DNA of 64,000 bases from Octopus vulgaris. Taxonomy: Eukaryota. The stretch's first letter is position 1. Each line of letters opens with the position of its first letter. The stretch is from NCBI GenBank assembly GCA_951406725.2, contig OX597829.1, forward strand, positions 47,988,001-48,052,000, given 5' to 3'. The notes under the pieces are model-generated. The model made no database searches and had not been told where the DNA came from. It worked only from the letters and a program-made list of their open reading frames with translations. Shown here in pieces: positions 13,526 through 27,304 of this stretch. The position numbers and the translations under genes were made by a program.

Positions 13526-14292
13526 CAAGGTCTGATCAATAAGTACCCGGACTCTTGCCATAGTAACGAAGCTAAAGCATGCAGAGTAAAGCCGCTTGGC
13601 ACAGATTGACCTTGAACTCTGCTGTGCATGTGCACTAAGCTTTAACGTTCTAGCTCACTTCCACTGTTTACAGCAGTGCTTGGAAGGAAGGGGTGTAGTG
13701 TGTGATCATCGCATTGACCATGACAGAGAATGAGCAGAGAATCTGCATCAATTTTACCAAATCTTGGTGATACTTGCTCAGAGGCCTACGCAATGTTTCC
13801 AATAAGTTTTCATCGCTCTCGACACAATCACGGAGATCTTATGCAACTGAAACCCGAGTGTCTTTTTTGGTCAGCTGAAAGCAGTTTTGGCACAAACTTG
13901 GCAGACATGCATCTCATAACCAAATCTTCATTGATAAAGGACTGAACTGAACCATAACTAATCTGCACATTCTATGATGGTGATTCGACGATTTCCCCTC
14001 ACAGCTGCATGCACATCTGCGACGCTTTTCTTATTTCTTCTGGTTGAGGGTTTCCTAGAACGTTCGTCATTATCGACATTTTTCGGCCAACTCGGAAACG
14101 TCCGAAATACTCGTACATTTGTATGCAGCTAATACACTCCTGTCAGTACACTTTCTGCAACTTTGCATAAGCCTCTGAGCAAGTGTCGCCATGATAACAT
14201 TCTCTGTCATGGTTAATGCGACGATTACTCGCTACACATATTCCTTCCAAGCACTGCTGTAAACAGTGGAAGTGAGTTAAAACGTTAAAACT
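13526..14292. mobile_element. Fold-back mariner derivative (two inverted 5' halves)
   Basis: TA-CAAGGTCTGATCAATAAGT start; 13635-13730 is inverted relative to 14200-14292; minus-strand relic EDL.MR..SAKFVPKLLSADQK. Confidence 0.7.
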
Positions 14293-14337
<45 letters not shown>

Positions 14338-14396
14338 GGATGGATGGGTGGATGGGTGGATGGGTGGATGGGTGGATGGATGGATGGATGGATGGG

Positions 14397-14459
<63 letters not shown>

Positions 14460-14460
14460 A

Positions 14461-14691
14461 GACGGTGAGCTGGCAGAAACGTTAGCACGAAGGGTGAAAT
14501 GCTCAGTAGTATTTCGTCTGCCGCTATGTTCTGAGTTCAAATTCCGCCGAGGTCGACTTTGCTTTTCATCCTTTCGAGGTCGATAAATTAAGTACCAGTT
14601 ATGCACTGGAATCGATATAATCGACTTAATCTCTTTGCCTGTCCTTGTTTGTCCCTTCTATGTTTAGCCCCTTGTGGGCAATAACGAAATA

Positions 14692-14692
<1 letters not shown>
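14461..14692 (+). mobile_element. Full-length Meta-like tRNA-SINE
   Basis: Same head, central domain and tail as the 3367 copy. Confidence 0.85.
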
Positions 14693-14738
<46 letters not shown>

Positions 14739-14747
14739 GAGAGAGAG

Positions 14748-15746
14748 ATAAGTTTCTTTATTGGCCACACAGGGGTGCCCACAGATGGGACAAATTACAA
14801 GGTAGAGCTTTTCTTGGGGGGGGGGGGATGAAAAAAGTGGTGTAGGTTTTCGATCAAAAGGGATCGTAAAAGGGAAAAAGAAAAAAAGAAAAAAAAAGGA
14901 AACGAAACAAAAGAAAAGAAAAAAGAAAAAAGAGGAAAAAAGGGGAAGAGGGAAAAAAACGATCAATAGGGATCGTGTATCACAGTGTCATGATGTACGG
15001 TGTAAAAGGGGAAGCAGATAAGGTTTATCTGTGGGAAGAAAAGCCTACGGAAAAGACCGCGGTAACCTCGGTCAATATTGTTATATGTTACCACATTGGT
15101 TTGCAAGTGGGTAACCCTCTGTTTTCAATTTCTGGGTTCATAGGATTATGTTCAAGGTGGCTTCGTCATTCATACGTGCCATCCTTGCTACATTCACCCA
15201 TCTTTTTTAAAACATTCGCTAGACAAAACTTGCCTCTCTACTCTCACTTTCCTTTTCAAGTGGTACTTGAAGAAGTTGATGAGAGATTGACCAGAGAGGA
15301 AAGTGTTTGTCTCCAATCCTTTCAGACGCGTCCACCAGATACATTCTTTCGCCATAGCCACAAGGATGATGAAAATAGCTCTTCCTTCCCGTTTGAAGGA
15401 AGGAGGCGTGACAATATTGACGATAGACTCAGCTGATAAACCGACTCGTCCCTCACGTGACAGCAGTTGTTCGACATAAGCCCACAGATCGGAAATTGTT
15501 GGACACTGCACGAGTGCGTGCAGAACGGTTTCGTCGCTCTGACCGCATCTCGGGCAGGTCGGCCCCGTGTTTCTCGAGCCGTGTCTGTAGAGCTTATTCC
15601 AAACGGGTAGCGCTTCTCGGTAGCACTGCCAGGCCAGGGATCTCTGGAAGTTGTCCATGGGCCCTGGCCCGAAAGTCGTCCCGAACAGGCGGGTCAGGTA
15701 TTCTCGTCGTCATACCTCCCCTCCACTAATCCCCTATAGAATGCTT
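14748..15746 (-). mobile_element. 5'-truncated L1/Tx1-clade LINE (zf-RVT C-terminus and 3'UTR)
   Basis: LAWQCYREALPV...CPRCGQSDETVLHALVQCP..W is the zf-RVT CCHC motif; AATAAA near the 3' end, which abuts (TC)n. Confidence 0.8.
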
Positions 15747-15747
15747 G

Positions 15748-15807
<60 letters not shown>

Positions 15808-17017
15808 GTGGGTGTATTCACGTACGGACGCAAGTTTGTCGAGGATGGGAGTTCAGCTTATTTATTTGTAGCATATGAAAAATTCGTATTATAAACTACA
15901 TTTTAGAATTAAATCCACAATTCCAGATAGTTGGGGAAAATCTCAGGTCTGAGGAGAGAAATTTTGAAGTTATAGATTCAGCAGGTTACTACTGCACGTG
16001 CACTAAGGACAGACAGACAGCATATGCTATTGTTTTTTAGCACTGAGTCAATGGAACTGAGCAGACTTTTGACTATAAGCGTTTTAGCTATAATTTTTTT
16101 TTTTCCTTTTTTCTAAGCATTACGTATTTAGATTATATTATTTAATGTGTGCGTCCTGTTTTGAAGACGTTTGATTGTTATCTAAGTGATATCTGGCAGT
16201 TATTTCTAATTGGATCACTGAACATGTAGCGCCTCTTTCGGCAGGTTGTTGTGCAGATTATTGTTGCAGCTACAGTCTGCTGCACACATTTCATACATCG
16301 GGTTGCAGTGCAGATATAAGTCTATATAGGTGTGGTCTTTGAGTATCTTGTTATATAACAGAGCGCTGCTTTGTCTGCTTTTGATGCACGTTGTGGAGAG
16401 GTGGTGAATGGGGATGTATGACATAACCCATGCTGTATTGCTGATACAATCGTTTCTTTGTGTTGGGCAAATGCTGCTACCCGTGACCGCTCGAAGGTTG
16501 TGCGTGTCATGTTTGCTGTTGCTGCTATCACGTGTGCTCCAAGTGTTATACATGTGTACATGTGTAGTATATCGTTACATGCAGTCGATGTTAACTGGTG
16601 TCGCTTGTATGAGAAAGGATGGTAGATTTCGTAGCTGCTACTTTCACTTTTTTCTCTTTCTTTTTTTCTTTTTTTAAAATTTTTTTTTTTTTTTTTTTTT
16701 TAGAGTCGGGGTTTCTAGGTAATTGATGTGCAGATATTTCCGGGACAACCTCTGGAAATGAGTAATCATTGTAATAGCAACTGTCCCAAACAGAATGTTG
16801 AGGGGAAAATCTGAGTCAATGAGGCAGCCTCAATGTTGTTAACCAGCCAACCGGCTTGTTGCTAGAATTCGCAGCTAAATCTCGAAGTAAACAATGTCTC
16901 CTTATGTCAGACCAGATCAAAAATTATCTGCAACTGGTAAGGAATGTGACTGACGAACCCTTTCCAACTAAATATCGGAAATAGAAAGGATTACTATTAT
17001 TAGTATTATTATATTAC

Positions 17018-17390
17018 GCTGGCAGAAATGTTAGCACGCCGGGCGAAATGCCTAGCGGTATTTCGTATGTCGCTACGTTCTGAGTTCAAATTCCACCGAG
17101 GTCGACTTTGCCTTTCATCCTTTCGGAGTCGATTAAATAATTACCAGTTACGCACTGGGGTCGATATAATCGACTTAATCCGTTTGTCTGTCCTTGTTTG
17201 TCCCTTCTATGTTTAGCCCCTTGTGGGTAGTAAAGAAATAGGTATTTCATCTGTCTTTACGATCTAAGTTCAAATTCCGCCGAGGTCGACTTTGCCTTTC
17301 ATCCTTTCGGGATCGATAAATTAAGTACCAGTTACGTAATCGACTTATTCTCCTCCCCCACGCTGACCTTGTGGCAAAAATTTGAAACTA
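17018..17390 (+). mobile_element. Meta-like SINE dimer
   Basis: Head near 17020, internal junction AAATA|GGTATTTC at about 17240. Confidence 0.8.
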
Positions 17391-17837
17391 TTATCATTAG
17401 CATTAAAGCAGTGGAAATTATTTGAAACTATTATCATTAGCATTAAAGCAGTGGAAATTGTTCTGGCTTTTTGCGTTCGGACTTTATACGTCTCCAAGAT
17501 TAACTTTGCCGTTCATCCTTTTGTCGTTGATAAAATACCCGTCGACACTAGAGTCGATATAACTGACTCACCCCACTAAATCTCCAACAGAATTTCTTAT
17601 TTTGTGTCTGCGTTAGTAATCATTACTATTAGTGGCCTTGATAAAGATACTCCTGTATCAAAAGGACTACATTATATTTGTATGCTAATGTATACATAAC
17701 ACTTAACGTCCATTTTTTATATGGTTTTGTCCCAAACAAGGCTTCATGCCACTGTATCGTAAAAGGACTACAAAAAAAATGTAAAAGAATGATCCTACAA
17801 ATTCAAAAGATGTCAGATGACAGATAAAGTTTGAAAT

Positions 17838-18072
17838 ACTGCATCAAATTTTGCCAAAAGCTTGTTGATACCTGCTCAGAGGCCTACGCAAAGCTTTTGA
17901 AAAGTTTTCATCGTTCTCGTCAGAATCAATGAGATCTTGTGCAACTGAAACCCGGATGTCTTTTTGGTCAGCTGAAAGCAGTTTTGGTACAAACTTGGTG
18001 GACACATGTCTCATACCCAAATCTTCAATGATAATGGACTGAACTGAACCGTAACCAATCTGCACATCCTCT
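17838..18072. mobile_element. Fragment of the same fold-back mariner family as 13526-14292
   Basis: Colinear with about 13740-13970; minus-strand ORF IIIEDLGMRHVSTKFVPKLLSADQK. Confidence 0.75.
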
Positions 18073-19356
18073 GGATGAAAGGCAAAGTCGACCTTGGCGG
18101 AATAATAATAATAATAATATTAACAATAAGACCAGATGAAAACGAGACGATGTTAGTTTATTTAGTTCCCGAGAGCAGCAGTTCAAGGAAAGAAATTATT
18201 ATAATAAAAGGACTTATGACTAACAGGAAACTCAACAGGGAAATGATACGCTTCGGAAGAGAAGCAGGTGACACATTTAAAAGGTGTTGAGAGAGGGTAC
18301 CAAACCGAAAAGCAGAAAGTTCATCAGAGCAATGACCATGGAAATACTTATCGAAAAGAGACAACGAAGATACATGTCAACGATGAACCAAAGACTAACC
18401 TAATAGAAAGAACCCCCACCCTGCCACACACACACTTATTGTCTGTTTTGTGGTAGTTCTCATCTGTAACCCTGGTGGCAAATAAAAGACATTTTACTAC
18501 CGTTACTATTATTATCACAAAACCTTGAATTTATTCCCATACATGCTGGGTACTTAATTTAAACGTCAGAGAGACAAAAGCAAAGTCAAGCACAGCAATA
18601 TAACTATTTCCAATTTTGGCACGAGGCCCCCAAGGGAGGGTGGTTAGTTGATTACAACGAACCCCAGTATTTGACTGGTACTTTGGGTTATCAATCACCA
18701 CCTCCACCAGGGGGAGGAAAGGTAAAGTTGATTTTGGCGGAAACATTATGTCCAGCGCTCCAATCATCTGGAAATTCACCACCCTGAATAACAATCCTTT
18801 CTATTATAGGTACAAAGCTTGAAATTTTAAGGTAAAGACCCATTCGATGTAATCGATGGGCACTCATTTTATCGATCCCGAGAGGATGAAAAGAAGCAAT
18901 TTTGACCACGGTGGAATTTGAACTCAGATCGCAAAGACGGACGAAATGCCGCTAAGCATTATTCCCGGCATGCTAACAATACCGCCAGCTTGCCGCCTTC
19001 ACCACTGATAAAAAAAAAACAAAATGATGATTTTTAATTTTAGACAGAAGGCCGGCAATTTTGATGGAAGTTATTAATCGATTCCATGTAAACCAGAAAT
19101 AATAATAATAATAATGTTTTCAAATTTTACCACAACGAGCAGCCATTTTGAGGAAGGGGATAAGTCGTTTATATCGACCCCCAATCTTTCACTGATACTT
19201 AATTTATCAACCCCGAAAGGATTAAAGGCAAAGTCGACCTCGGCGGAATTTGAACTCAGAACGCAAAGATGAACAAAATACGGTTAAGCATTTTGTCCAG
19301 CGTGCTAATGATTCTGCCAGTTCGCCGCCTTAATAATAATAATAATAACAATAATA

Positions 19357-19730
19357 GGCGCAGGAGTGGCTGTGTGATAAGTAGCTTGCTTACCAATCAC
19401 ATGGCACCTTGGGCAGGTGTCTTCTATAGCCTCGGACCGACCAAAGCCTTGATGGCATTTGGTAGACGGAAACTGAAAGAAGCCTATCATGTATATATGT
19501 TTGTGTGCGCACGCGCATGTTTGTGTGTCTGTGTTTATCCCCCCAACATTGCTTGACAACCGATGTTGGTGTGCTTACATCCCCGTAACTTAACGGTTCG
19601 GCATAAGAAGCCGACACAATAAGTACTTGGCTTACAAAGAATAAGTCTTGGAGTCGATTTGTTCGACTAAACGCGTTGCTCCAGCATGGCCACAGTCAAA
19701 TAACTTTAAAAAATAAAAGAATAAAAGAAT
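19357..19730 (+). mobile_element. tRNA-derived CORE-type SINE (second SINE family)
   Basis: Head GGAGTGGCTGTGTG, CORE-like GGCACCTTGGGCAAGTGTCTT, internal (TG)n, tail CCAGCATGGCC; many other copies in the window. Confidence 0.8.
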
Positions 19731-20365
19731 GGTTTCAAATTTTGCCACAAGGGCAGCCATTTTGAGGAAGGGGTTACGTCGATTACATCAACCCCCAGTA
19801 TTTCACTGGTGCTTAATTTACCGACCAGCCCCAAAAAAGGATGAAAGGCAAAGTCGACCTCGGCAAAATAATATAATAATACCACAGATTTGCTTTGTAT
19901 AAAAGATGGGCTACAGCAAATATTCTGCTCAATACCACAGATTTGCTTGTCAGTTGTTTGACCTTAACCAGTTGAGCATGTCCCTTAGTGGCTGGCGATA
20001 TGTGCATCTCTGATCACGAGCAGAAGTAGTGGGGGAGCATCATAGCCATGTGTTGAGAGAGATTCTTTGGGGTTTGAATAAATCACCTCTGGAAACATGG
20101 GTTTTCGTTCAACATACCTTAAACAACCCTCATTCAGGGACTTTTTGAGTGGGATGGGTTACTCAAACAGAAGAAAATTCTAACTGGGCCCAAACTGCAA
20201 GGTCATGCGCTGTTTGTCTTGATATGAGATCACCATATCGAGCACATATGGTTGTGATGCATGTGCCTAGTGTACCCTTATCAGATGGGTAGTCATGATG
20301 GGTATACTGGGCTTCGTATATTTTACCCCAGTGTCATTTTGATAGCATGCACTGCTCCCTCACTC

Positions 20366-20396
<31 letters not shown>

Positions 20397-20705
20397 TAGA
20401 TTTGGCTAGGGAAATACGACGACTGTGGAGGATTTCTACGAAAGTAGCCCCAATGTTTATAGGTACCCCAGGTACCGTCACCAACAGACATAAATCCACT
20501 TTATGAGGTTGATGTAACAACGAGAATTGCATTAATTCAGAAACTTGATCCATTGGAAACAGCAAGGATTGTAAGAAAGTTACTCGATATCTAAACAAAA
20601 ACCAGTATTAAGGACATTGATTCTGAATGTAATACATTCGGGCACACCATTAATAATAAGCCAAAACATAACAGACATATATTCCAAGAATTGAAATAAC
20701 CAATA

Positions 20706-20711
20706 TTTATT
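20706..20711 (-). promoter_or_regulatory. Probable polyadenylation signal of the AMDHD2-like gene
   Basis: AATAAA on the minus strand about 180 nt past the stop codon, followed by U/GU-rich sequence. Confidence 0.5.
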
Positions 20712-20891
20712 AACAAAGTTACATAAGAACATCAAAAACTACAGAAAGTATCAAGAAAAAAGTTCTTCGGGAATTTTCTCCGGATATTATTATTAGTATG
20801 ATAACGAAATCATTATTTTTAATATTATTATTATTATTATTATTATAAACAGCATTGTTATTTAGTTGGAGAAGAAATTCTTCAAAATCAT

Positions 20892-21070
20892 TCAAGACTT
20901 CTGCCACACAAGTTCCGAAGCGATGTATGTAGATTGAATTTCAAGATTGTCATTCAACATTATGAAGTCTGCATCCGATCCAAAATCTAAAGAGCCTTTC
21001 TTGTCTGAAATATTCAACAGCTGCGCCGGATGCAATGATGCCATCTCCAAGGCCTCAACTACAGAGCATT
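20892..21070 (-). CDS. AMDHD2: Last coding exon of N-acetylglucosamine-6-phosphate deacetylase
   Basis: Strong acceptor ttttttttctttttctattattccacag, split codon, then [61 protein letters not shown], matching the NagA/AMDHD2 C-terminal pattern ALE.[9 protein letters not shown]...KG.LDFG.DADF...TYI..ELVW; absent from the ORF track. Confidence 0.92.
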
Positions 21071-21131
21071 CTGTGGAATAATAGAAAAAGAAAAAAAATT
21101 AATTATGCATTATACATCAAAGTATTTTGTA

Positions 21132-21865
21132 TTTTATCTTTTACTTGTTTCAGTCATTGGACTGTGGCCATACTGGAGCACCACCTTGAAGGGTTTTAGT
21201 TGAACAAATCAATCCCAGTATATCTTTTATTATTTACTTGTTTCTATCATTGGACTGTGGCCATGCTGGGGCACCACCTTGAAGGGTTTTAGTTGAACAA
21301 ATCAATCCCAGTATATCTTTTATCTTTTACTTGTTTCTATCATTGGACTGTGGCCATGCTGGGGCACCACCTTGAAGGGTTTTAGTTGAACAAATCAATC
21401 CCAGTATATCTTTTATCTATTACTTGTTTCAGTCATTGGACTGTGGCCATACTGGAGCACCACCTTGAAGGGTTTTAGTTGAACAAATCAATCCCAGTAT
21501 ATCTTTTATCTTTTACTTGTTTCTATCATTGGACTGTGGCCATGCTGGGGCACCATCTCGAAGGGTTTTAGTTGAACAAATCAATCCCAGTATATCTTTT
21601 ATCTTTTACTTGTTTCAGTCATTGGACTGTGGCCATACTGGAGCACCACCTTGAAGGGTTTTAGTTGAACAAATCAATCCCAGTATATCTTTTATCTTTT
21701 ACTTGTTTCACTCATTGGACTGTGGCCATGCTGGGGCACCACCTTGAAGGGTTTTAGTTGAACAAATCAATCCCAGTATATCTTTTACCTTTTACTTGTT
21801 TCACTCATTGGACTGTGGCCATGCTGGGGCACCACCTTGAAGTGTTTTAGTTGAACAAATTGATA
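21132..21865. repeat. ~93-bp tandem repeat (about 8 copies) derived from the CORE-SINE tail
   Basis: Unit ttttacttgtttcagtcattggactgtggccatgctggggcaccaccttgaagggttttagttgaacaaatcaatcccagtatatc is the reverse complement of the SINE 3' end; the last unit continues into the SINE body. Confidence 0.92.
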
Positions 21866-22960
21866 CTTATATCTTTTAAGCTCTAATTTACGAAGACGTA
21901 AACAAACCAACACCAGTTGTTGAGCGGTGTTAGGGGACACACCCAAATACATACACACATAAGTATGTGTGCATTTAAGTATACATACATACACACATAC
22001 ATGCATGCATACTGTGTACACACACGAAGGGTTTCTTTCTGTTTCTGTCAGAGGGTACATCAACCGAAACGTTGTGTTAACAACAAACAATATGAGGACA
22101 AATATCTGTCAAAATGTAAATAATGCATAAAGAATGGTATGAAGAACATTACATCAACTATTACCAGGGTGTGGGTTTTTTCTTGCCTTCTCTGACCTCA
22201 GACTTGCTAAAGTATTACAAATGCATGGAAGAGATGTGAGTGAGAGAGAGCAAGAGAAAGAGAGAGGGATGCGGAGAGAGAGAGAATCAGAGATTTTGAA
22301 ATGCTCTGATTCAAATAGATGTTACCCACTTGTTTACGGGTGAGTTGGCCTATGCCTTTCTTAGTTTCATTAATATCTCGGTTATACACTTTCATTTAAT
22401 TAATCTGTGTAATTATTGACGGCAATTTTGAAATTTTTCACAAGTCCTTATATACAGTAACATATCTTCCCCTCCCCACAGCTATATATAATTTTGTTTG
22501 TGTCCCTCACATATTTTGTAATATGTCAGTAACACATTTACTGCATGTGTCAATAAGTACTGTACTGATAAAAAAAATATCACTAGTATCATTATCATCA
22601 TCATTATCATTATTAATTGGAGGCACGTGGCTTGGTGATTAAGGTGTTGCACTCGTAATTGTAAGATTCTGGTTTCGATTCACGATCCAGGAGTCGAAAA
22701 ATGAATAATCCTGCATGGATGGATATATATATATAATTAGGGAATGGAGTAGATTCACATACATATCAGCCCCAGTTGCTAACCCTGAACTATAAAATAA
22801 CTTTTTTTTCTTTACAGTTTATCAAACTTCGATATTGGAAAAAATTTACAACCTTCTACGTCAATAAACCATTATTGTTCCTGAGAGTTACTTTTTTTAT
22901 ATCTTTTATGGATTTCTTGAAGCTTACTAACTTCCTACAACTTAATCCTTGGATCTTACC

Positions 22961-23346
<386 letters not shown>

Positions 23347-23790
23347 TAAAGTATAAAAGCCATCTCAATATGGTTAACCACAAAGGGGGGGGTGTTACTG
23401 TAGTGTGTGTGTGCCAGCATGAAAAGCAGACGCTAAATGATGACATATATATTTTTACACACACACACACACACACTTATGTATGCGAGAGGCTTCTTTC
23501 AGTTTCTATTTACCAAATCCCCCCCACAAGGGTTTGGTCAGTGCAGGAATTTATCAGTAGAAATCATTTGCTCAAAGTGTCACACTGTGGGACTGAAACT
23601 GGAACCATGTGGTTGGGAAGCAAATTTATAAGTAACTAAATAAATAAATAAATAAATAAATACAAGCAAAAAATATGAATAAAGAAAGGAAGAAAGTAAG
23701 AAATAATAGATATAGGAAATACAACCCAACCCAGCCCCACCCCACACACAAGTAGACATAAAATCGCTAACAAAAAAAGACTAAGAAGTA

Positions 23791-25058
23791 TCAGGTCGTC
23801 CCATAAGTTCTGTCTGATTTTACCTTTTTTTTAGAATTGAATGAAATTTAATAGTATTTGAGACTGTCTAATGCAATTAAAAATTATTTTTATGCATTTG
23901 TGTACATTTAAACTAATTAAATATTATTTTACAGAATAATAGAATTAAAATTTCTTTGATTAAAACCTTTTCTAACATAGAAGTATCCAAAGAGCATTTG
24001 AAGCACATAATGCCTTATTAGTACATAAAAGAAACTCTGCAGCCAAAGTGACTTGAAACATACTTTCAGTTTATGGGAAAGAATGCTTGAACAAAAGAAC
24101 TTGCAGAAGATGGTTTGCAAAATTCAGAAGTGGAGATTTCAGCCTTGAAGATGAAGGTTGAACAGGACGTCCAGTTGAGTTTGATGATAAGTTCCTTGAG
24201 GCATTACTTGAAGAAAATCCTGCATTATCAGTTGAAGAATTGGCAATAAAGCTTAGTTCAAACCATACAACTGTTCCGCATCATCTTCTACAACATGGAA
24301 AGGTTCCTAAACTTGGAAAATGTGTGCCTCATGAATTGTCCGAAAGCAACAGCAAATCCCGAGTTGACATCTGCTCTTCTCTCCATTCTCGCAAACTCAT
24401 TTTACTCTTTTTGGATAGACTTGTGACTGGTGACAAAAAATGGATCTATCGAAATGTTAAACGTCATAAACAGTGGCTTGGTAAAAGGGAAAAAGCTCAA
24501 CCACAACCGAGAAGGGAACTTCACGGGGAAAAAGGTTATTCTCTCTATGAGGTGGGATTGCGAAGGAGTAATTCACTTTGAATTATTACCACCTAATGCA
24601 ACAATCAATGCTCAAGTCTACTGTCAGTAATTAGAGTGTTTGAACCAGGCTTTGAAGAAAAATATGACCCACTTTAGTGAATCGAAAAGGAGTGATGTTT
24701 CATAAGGACAGTGCGTGACCCCAACACTACAAAGATCACATCACAGAAAATTGAAGAGCTTGGTTGGGAAAAAATTCCTCATCCACCTTATTCTCCCGAC
24801 CTTGCTCCTTCAGACTACCATTTGTTTCATAGTTTACAGAATCATTTAGGGAGCATAACTTTCACAAGCCAGGAGGAGTTCTTCGCTTTGAAACTAAAAG
24901 TGTTTTACATTGATGGGATTAAAAAGCTTGTAAATAGATGGAAGCAAGTCATAGATAATCACGGAAAGTACATTGATGATTAAATTTCAATTAAATATAA
25001 CATTTGATCACTTGTTTTCTTTATTCAAAATATGGACAGAACTTATGGGATGACCTGA
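23791..25058 (+). mobile_element. Full-length but inactive mariner transposon
   Basis: TA target duplications at 23789-90 and 25059-60; TIRs TCAGGTCGTCCCATAAGTTCTGTC / GACAGAACTTATGGGATGACCTGA; broken transposase with xVPHEL, TGDxKW and HPPYSPDLAPSDY. Confidence 0.95.
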
Positions 25059-25603
25059 TAGTAAGCAAAGCAAACATGTGCTTGCTAAAGTGAACTCTCA
25101 TGAATAGCATGATGAGTCATCAAATAATGTTATATATTTACATTGAACAAAATAAAATAATAAATAAAAATTTCACAATGATAACAATATTAACAACAAC
25201 AACAATAACAATAACAATAATAATAATAGTAATAATAATAATAATAGTAATAATAATAATAATAGTAGTAATAATAATAGTAATAATAATAGTAACAATA
25301 ATAATAATATTAATAACAATAATAATAATAACAATAATAATAATAACAATAATAATAATGGTGGTGGGGGTGAATTTTTTTTTTTTTTTTTCCTCCTTGA
25401 GTACTTACAAGGATCTTGCAAACATGAAACACACACCTTCAATGTTGTATCTACCAAACAACACACACATACATACATACATACACACATGTTGAACTAC
25501 ACAGAAGAATGATTTTCAACCAGGAATAAAGACTACCCCCTGGGGAGTGTATCTTGAAGCATGAAACTATCAGTGGCTCTTTTGTAATTGTGTATATTAA
25601 ATG

Positions 25604-25636
<33 letters not shown>

Positions 25637-26099
25637 ATCAAACTTGGAAATTAAGGTGTCAGTTTTGGAATTGACCTCTAAACTTGGTTGGGCTCGTTTT
25701 ACAATAATTACGCAAGAGAGAGGCATAAACTGGGAGGAGGTAAGTGGGACATAAGCAAACCACTCCCTTCATTCATGTAGAACACAGATGAACTGGTTTT
25801 CATAGCCACCACTTCTTAATTCCGCTTTATTTAATAATAAAAAGATCATATTTTCATTCAAAATTTTTCTTATAAAAAAAATTTTTAAAAAGGCGCTCAT
25901 TCACTGGTGGTGCCCTAGCATGACCTCAACTCCCAAGCTAAAACTAGTTGAGAGAGAGAGAGAGAGAGAGGACTCCTCTTTGGTCATGAATGACTATAGG
26001 ATTGCACCTGGAAAGTTACCCTCTGAGACGCAATGTTTAGACAGTAAATAAACACTACACATGTTCCGATACAACATTATATATATATATATATATATA

Positions 26100-26582
26100 G
26101 TCGGGGCGGCGCTGGCAACAGCCACGATCGGATGGTTCATGATCGGAAGTAAGCGAACCATCCGATCGTGGCTGTTGCCAGCGCCGCCCCGACTGGCCTC
26201 CGTGCCGGTGGCACAGGTGGCACGTAAAAAGCACCATCCGTTCATGGCCGTTGCCAGCCTCGCCTGGCCTCCGTGCCGGTGGCACGTAAAACGCACCATC
26301 CGATCGTGGCCGTTGTCAGCCTAGCCTGGCCCCCGTGCCAGTGGCACGTAAAAAGCACCATCCGTCCATGGCCGTCTGCCAGCTCCGTCTGGCACCTGTG
26401 CGGGTGGCACATAAAAAGCACCCACTACACTCACGGAGTGGTTGGTGTTAGGAAGGGCATCCAGCCGTAGAAACACTGCCAGATCAGACTGGGCCTGATG
26501 CAGCCTTCTGGCTTCACAGACCCCAGTTGAACCGTCCAACCCATGCTAGCATGGAAAGCGGATGCTAAATGATGATGATGAT
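26100..26582 (+). mobile_element. RTE LINE 3'UTR fragment
   Basis: GTGGCACGTAAAAAGCACC repeats, GGAAGGGCATCCAGCCGTAGAAAC, (GAT)n tail; homologous to 34310-34562. Confidence 0.85.
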
Positions 26583-26840
26583 ATATATATATATATATAA
26601 GGTGATTAAAATGTAAGGGATTTGATAGTTTATAAATTAAAACTGAGCCCATATAGACAAAAAAAAAAAAAAAAAAAAAAAAAACAGTGGTAGGCAGAGT
26701 CTTCTTGATAATTTTAGTAACGTCTATGCTGAAGTAGAGACGACACGTTCTTTGTCTATCTTCTTAACTTCTTGGAGATTTTAGGTATAATTATACTAAT
26801 GTGTCCATCTGTTCTAATTTAATTAAATTCTATGTATTTG

Positions 26841-26927
26841 TGCAGCTGAAGATTGCTCTACATTTTAAACTGATGTAATGATTGCATTGTTCAATTAAAT
26901 AGAGTTGCATGAAACGATCGTACTGCA
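26841..26927 (+). ncRNA. Type-I hammerhead ribozyme motif with long stem II
   Basis: Stem I TGCAG/CTGCA; CTGAAGA 26846-52; stem II TGC.TCTA...TAGA.GCA; GAAA 26911-14; palindromic ACGATCGT stem III; GUA site. Confidence 0.75.
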
Positions 26928-27087
26928 TTACCTCTGGATATCCTTGTTGCTTATTTTGAAATTGTATGGATAATACCATACTAAATTCTGGCACCTCAAC
27001 TTAAGTACCATATTCATCTGAATCAAAATTTTTGCTGGGCTCATCTACCAAACCCAAAATATATATATATGTAAATATAAGTGTGTG

Positions 27088-27183
<96 letters not shown>

Positions 27184-27267
27184 AAATTAACAAAAAAATC
27201 AAAAGACGAAGACAGGTAGTGTACACAACAAACAGATGTATTAGTTTAACGCTTGGGAAGTGAAAAA

Positions 27268-27304
27268 GTCTAACATTTCGAGCCTATGCTCTTCCACAGA
27301 AAGG
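27268..27304 (-). ncRNA. Variant hammerhead-like motif (CUGUNGA family), partly decayed
   Basis: Reverse complement CCTTT-CTGTGGA-A-GAGC-ATAG-GCTC-GAAA-TGTT; the 3' arm of stem I is damaged. Confidence 0.5.

Noticed and set aside
16215-16677. Overlapping 80-110 aa ORFs in non-repetitive sequence
   Set aside because: No recognisable domain or convincing splice sites
16950-16990. CTGACGA...GAAA motif
   Set aside because: No cleavage triplet or stem I
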